Virus record (IMG/VR): IMGVR_UViG_3300021256_000025
From: a virus
DNA: 44,282 bases
Strand: one strand, 5' to 3'
The notes beneath the pieces were generated by a model. It was not told the origin of the DNA. It worked only from the letters and a program-made list of their open reading frames with translations, and made no database searches. This document shows, piece after piece, positions 41,253 through 44,282 of the stretch (its first letter is position 1; every line of letters starts with the position of its first letter). The position numbers were made by a program, and so were the translations under genes.

Positions 41253-41254
41253 GA

Positions 41255-41434
41255 TTACTTCACCTCCCAAATTTCACGCAGGCTCATGGAGCCGTAGCAG
41301 CAACCGTTCTCAATTTCGCGGGCCTTTTTCTGTGCGCTCCGCAGGTTCCGCGCTTCAATTTCTCTCGTGGTTTCGTAGCCGCCATTTTTTAACTGCGGAT
41401 TAGATCTCCAGAACGTAGCTTTGTATTTTTTCAT
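41255..41434 (-). CDS. Small ORF (59 aa), first gene after promoter copy 4
   Basis: RBS AAAGGAGGAG; MKKYKATFWRSNPQLKNGGYETTREIEARNLRSAQKKAREIENGCCYGSMSLREIWEVK; below the track cutoff. Confidence 0.5.
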   Translation of the reverse strand: MKKYKATFWRSNPQLKNGGYETTREIEARNLRSAQKKAREIENGCCYGSMSLREIWEVK

Positions 41435-41491
41435 TTTCGCTCCTCCTTTTATCTTCCCCGGGGTCCGGCCCCGTTCCCTTTCGTCATGTGC

Positions 41492-41520
41492 ATGTTAACT
41501 CTAACGATTTGAAAAGTCAA
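41492..41520 (-). promoter_or_regulatory. Promoter of the repeated cassette family (copy 4): TTGACT-17-TAACAT
   Basis: Minus strand acTTGACTTTTCAAatcgttAGAGtTAACAT then leader gcacatgacgaaaggg plus a GC hairpin. Confidence 0.65.
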
Positions 41521-41557
41521 GTCTTTTTTATCAATTTTTAAAAATATTTTTGGCAAT

Positions 41558-41588
41558 AAAAAAAGACCCCGGACCGAAGTCCGGGGTA
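41558..41588 (-). terminator. Intrinsic terminator after the 69-aa Cys-rich gene
   Basis: Minus strand ACCCCGGAC-ttcg-GTCCGGGGT followed by CTTTTTTT. Confidence 0.8.
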
Positions 41589-41595
41589 AGATTAT

Positions 41596-41805
41596 TTATT
41601 CGTCTGCTTCGTCGTAGTATTCGCATTGTCCGCCGTTCATCAAGGCTATCGGTTTTAACTTGGGGTACACATCGCATACCGACTTCGTGTATCCAGGCGT
41701 GATTTTATTCCCCTGCGCCGCAAACACGCACCCCTTACAATCCGGAAAGTACACCATCCCGGTGTTATCACTCATGTCATTGTCAATTTTACGCCGTTCT
41801 GCCAT
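41596..41805 (-). CDS. Cys-rich small protein (69 aa) immediately downstream of the ART toxin gene
   Basis: Start MAERRK with RBS GGGAGGTGA; DCKGC ... SVC ... GQCEYY cysteines; own promoter (copy 5). Confidence 0.55.
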   Translation of the reverse strand: MAERRKIDNDMSDNTGMVYFPDCKGCVFAAQGNKITPGYTKSVCDVYPKLKPIALMNGGQCEYYDEADE

Positions 41806-41824
41806 GATTTCACCTCCCATGGCG

Positions 41825-41853
41825 ATAGTAACTCTAAAAAATTGAAAAGTCAA
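41825..41853 (-). promoter_or_regulatory. Promoter of the repeated cassette family (copy 5): TTGACT-17-TACTAT
   Basis: Minus strand acTTGACTTTTCAAttttttAGAGtTACTAT, starts 5 nt after the ART stop codon. Confidence 0.6.
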
Positions 41854-41858
41854 GTCTT

Positions 41859-43589
41859 TTAATTAAACTGAACCGGGTCCTGGGCAACAACCTGCATCTC
41901 AATCTGGACCTTTCCATTTTTGACAGAAACGCGCTGGATCTGGAAGCGTGTGTTTCTTTGCAGGATCATCTCCTGCTCATGCCCGGTCGATGTTTGATTA
42001 TCCTTCCCATTCCAGCTGGCGCTTTGAGCACCGTGACCGTATTTTGAAAACGGTTCAGCATACATCATCTTCGTGCCAGCTGGGCAAAGAATGCGCAGCT
42101 CTACCTCATCCGTAAAGCCTTTTTTATCGCAAACGGCTGTGCTGCAGAACCCGAATTCGGTAACGAGTTTTCCCTCCACGGCATCTTTTAAATCGTTTAC
42201 CATGCTGGGTTTTAAATATTGCGGATCTATACCAAGCAGTTTAGCAGCACCGGACGTCGACACGCCACGTCGAACATGCACATCATGGTCATAGCTGGAC
42301 TTGTCGATAATATCCGTCATGTCGTTGATCAGCTTTTTAACTTCGCCTTTTTTGAAGTGCCCGTAGCTGTTAACGCCGATATTATCCATATCGATTTTAC
42401 CAACGCCTTTGAACGCACTCGTGCCGTATTCAATGCCCCGCAGCGGTTCATTAAATTTGGAGAACGAACCGGTATAATCAAAAATTGCCTTTTTTTGAGC
42501 CGGAGTCGCGGCCTTCCAAGCCTCGGAACATTTATCAACAATTTTTTTGTGGATAGCCATATCGTCCGTCGGTAGCGGGGTCTTTTTAAACCCTTCAGCG
42601 CCCTGGTGATCAAAAGTTTTAAATTCATATTTGCTGCTATTCCCTTTTACCGCAGCAGATAAATTTTTTAAAGTTTGAATAGTGTTCTGAATATTGGTCT
42701 CCCTATCGGTGAAGCCAGGGTCCGTCATCGGAGTAATAAACGGGTCGTGCGGGCTGGATTTTGGTGCTTTCCCCGGAGCACTCTGCATTAATTCAACCGC
42801 CGATTTTGCCAGCAATTCCTCCACGCTGCTGGTTTTGGGTTTAAAGTCAACCTTCCCATACGGCGACTCCGCCACCGCGGCCTTGTACTCTTCGTAAGCC
42901 TTCTTCAGTTTTTCCTGATTGTCAACCTTCGCTGGCTGTGTTTTTACCGCGCCAATAGCCGTTTTATACTTGACCACCTTTTTCCAGGCTTCCTTTGCCT
43001 TGGCCGTGGCCTGCTTGTTTAAAAGGTAATTCTTCGCAGTTTTGTAATCAGAAGCCACCTTCTCCTGCAGGTCTTTCACCGGGTCAGGCTTTGACAGGTC
43101 AAAATAGGCAATATCAAAAGACTTATTCGGATCCTTGACCACTGTAGCTTTGTCTAACTGTGCGTAAATTTCGGGAAAAGCCGCAAGTTTCTCGTCTATT
43201 TCCTTCTTTTTCGCCTCCAAATCTTCTAACGATTTCGACCCATAAAGGCCGCCGTACTCAATCTGTTTGTACGCCTTATGGACCTCTGCCATTGTTTTCT
43301 TTTTCGGCGGTTCCACCGCCTTTTTAAGATTCTGCAGCAGCTGCGCCTTGGACCCTTTGAAGTGTTTCATTTTCGTGTGGATAGATGGCAGCAGGACCTT
43401 CTTTCCGGATTTTAAGGATTTACCAAAAGACGGTTTGAACTTTTTACCGTTCAGCTTCCCGCCGGCCCCGCCTTTGATTTCCCCGGTGCCCTCATCGATC
43501 AGGACCTTGGCCCCGTTGATCGTGCGCCAGATGTCCTCCCCGTCGCAGGCCCGGAGCCGAAGTGTGTTTATTTTTGTATTGTCAGGCAT
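41859..43589 (-). CDS. ADP-ribosyltransferase toxin (C3/Vip2/iota-type R-S-E fold, ExE variant) with about 350-aa Lys-rich N-terminal region
   Basis: AIFDYTGSFSKFNEPLRG, HVRRG, FGFCSTAV (STS-like), GHEQEMILQRNTRFQI (ExE) in the canonical order. Confidence 0.8.
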   Translation of the reverse strand: MPDNTKINTLRLRACDGEDIWRTINGAKVLIDEGTGEIKGGAGGKLNGKKFKPSFGKSLKSGKKVLLPSIHTKMKHFKGSKAQLLQNLKKAVEPPKKKTMAEVHKAYKQIEYGGLYGSKSLEDLEAKKKEIDEKLAAFPEIYAQLDKATVVKDPNKSFDIAYFDLSKPDPVKDLQEKVASDYKTAKNYLLNKQATAKAKEAWKKVVKYKTAIGAVKTQPAKVDNQEKLKKAYEEYKAAVAESPYGKVDFKPKTSSVEELLAKSAVELMQSAPGKAPKSSPHDPFITPMTDPGFTDRETNIQNTIQTLKNLSAAVKGNSSKYEFKTFDHQGAEGFKKTPLPTDDMAIHKKIVDKCSEAWKAATPAQKKAIFDYTGSFSKFNEPLRGIEYGTSAFKGVGKIDMDNIGVNSYGHFKKGEVKKLINDMTDIIDKSSYDHDVHVRRGVSTSGAAKLLGIDPQYLKPSMVNDLKDAVEGKLVTEFGFCSTAVCDKKGFTDEVELRILCPAGTKMMYAEPFSKYGHGAQSASWNGKDNQTSTGHEQEMILQRNTRFQIQRVSVKNGKVQIEMQVVAQDPVQFN

Positions 43590-43600
43590 AGTGCACCCTC

Positions 43601-44170
43601 CTAAAAATTAAAAGAGAGCCCGCCGGCAACAGTTTTCCTGTCGCCGTAGGCCCACCCGCCCACATTCTTATACACCGGGAACCGCAGCGAATACGCCACG
43701 CCATGGCTGCCGGCGCCGACGCCAATAGACCAGTGCCGGGTCTTATCCGGTACCTTGATATCCACCGACGCCGCCGTGTGCTGTTCCAGCTTCAGCTGAT
43801 GATCATCAAAAACATACTTCTCACTTTCGGCCTTTTTGATGACCTGCTCCTTGCCGTTCACCGCGACCTTTATCTCCTGCAGCGGAACCTTCACGTCCAC
43901 GTCCGGAGCGGCCGCCGACGGCTTCTCAACGTACTTGATGACCGTCTCCGTTTTGGTTTGTACGACCGGCTTCTCTACGGGCACCTCTATGACCGCAGAA
44001 TCGGCCGTAGAACGCCCAGTATAAAAACCCAGAGCAAATACCAGCACGGCCAGCAGAACGCCCGCTATGGCCAACGTGTGGCGCGTCAGGGCCGCCTTTA
44101 TCGTTTCCCATACCTGCACATCACTCACCGTCCTTGTGAATACCCCACACAAAACAGAGTGCGAACACAA
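43601..44170 (-). CDS. Membrane-anchored protein of unknown function (downstream of the lysin across the circle junction)
   Basis: One TM (LAIAGVLLAVLVFALGFYTG), beta-rich C-terminus ending GGLSFNF; start uncertain and lies inside the terminal repeat. Confidence 0.55.
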   Translation of the reverse strand: MCSHSVLCGVFTRTVSDVQVWETIKAALTRHTLAIAGVLLAVLVFALGFYTGRSTADSAVIEVPVEKPVVQTKTETVIKYVEKPSAAAPDVDVKVPLQEIKVAVNGKEQVIKKAESEKYVFDDHQLKLEQHTAASVDIKVPDKTRHWSIGVGAGSHGVAYSLRFPVYKNVGGWAYGDRKTVAGGLSFNF

Positions 44171-44282
44171 ACAAATACAGCTCCAACCGGTGTGCCCCAG
44201 GAAACTCGTAGTCGTCCTGGTATGTCACCCCCAGCAGGATCTGAATTGGATCTAAAACATAACCCTCGATAAGCAACCAAAC
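44156..44282. repeat. Terminal direct repeat, right copy (identical to 1..127)
   Basis: Same 127-nt string as the window start; contains the start codon region of CDS 43601..44170. Confidence 0.95.

Larger units (their letters stand above)
1..44155. mobile_element. Complete temperate phage genome (circular contig; contractile tail, Mu/PBSX-like baseplate, integrase plus cI/cro switch)
   Basis: Full packaging/head/tail/lysis/lysogeny/recombination/replication gene set; identical 127-bp ends close the circle. Confidence 0.9.

Overview
The window is one complete, circularly closed temperate phage genome. Positions 1..127 are identical to 44156..44282, so the unique length is about 44,155 bp. 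Almost all genes lie on the minus strand; only the cI-like repressor and the integrase are on plus.

Layout, read along the minus strand:
- Switch and early operon: cI/cro-type switch (38.5-38.7 kb), then cro, a Xis-like HTH and many small ORFs.
- Recombination: nucleoside-deoxyribosyltransferase-like protein, SMC-like ATPase, RecT, MBL-fold hydrolase, VRR-NUC (32.9-37.0 kb).
- Replication: replisome organiser with embedded iterons, then a G39P-like loader (31.6-32.9 kb).
- More small ORFs, a secreted 3D-domain protein and a sigma-like regulator (28.0-28.6 kb).
- An insulated amidoligase + gamma-glutamylcyclotransferase cassette (26.3-27.7 kb).
- A promoter/terminator pair, then ParB-methyltransferase, terS, terL and a portal with a C-terminal extension, then a CPCC protein (20.6-25.9 kb).
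- Head genes: Lys-rich protein, MuF/gp7, DUF2213-type scaffold, DUF2184-type capsid.
- Neck, sheath, tube, chaperone with a -1 frameshift, and a tape measure with an NlpC/P60 domain.
- Mu-like baseplate and fibres (1.1-9.0 kb), then holin and a YkuD-fold lysin (0.1-1.1 kb).
- Across the circle junction: a membrane protein, a C3/Vip2-type ADP-ribosyltransferase, small Cys-rich and moron-like ORFs, attP with arm-type repeats, and a tyrosine integrase.

Most notable items:
1. The autonomous amidoligase/GGCT cassette.
2. An ExE ADP-ribosyltransferase that shares an N-terminal motif with a head-module protein.
3. A portal with a C-terminal effector-like domain followed by a Cys-rich ORF.
4. A repeated promoter/leader cassette family.
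5. A promoter-then-terminator arrangement in front of the packaging genes, which implies antitermination.
6. A G7 tract that splits the tail-fibre gene.
7. A candidate plus-strand antisense sRNA.

All family assignments come from motif recognition by eye. No database search was run. Strong AGGAGG ribosome-binding sites and the PBSX/SPP1-like gene families suggest a Firmicutes/Clostridia-type host, but this is inference.
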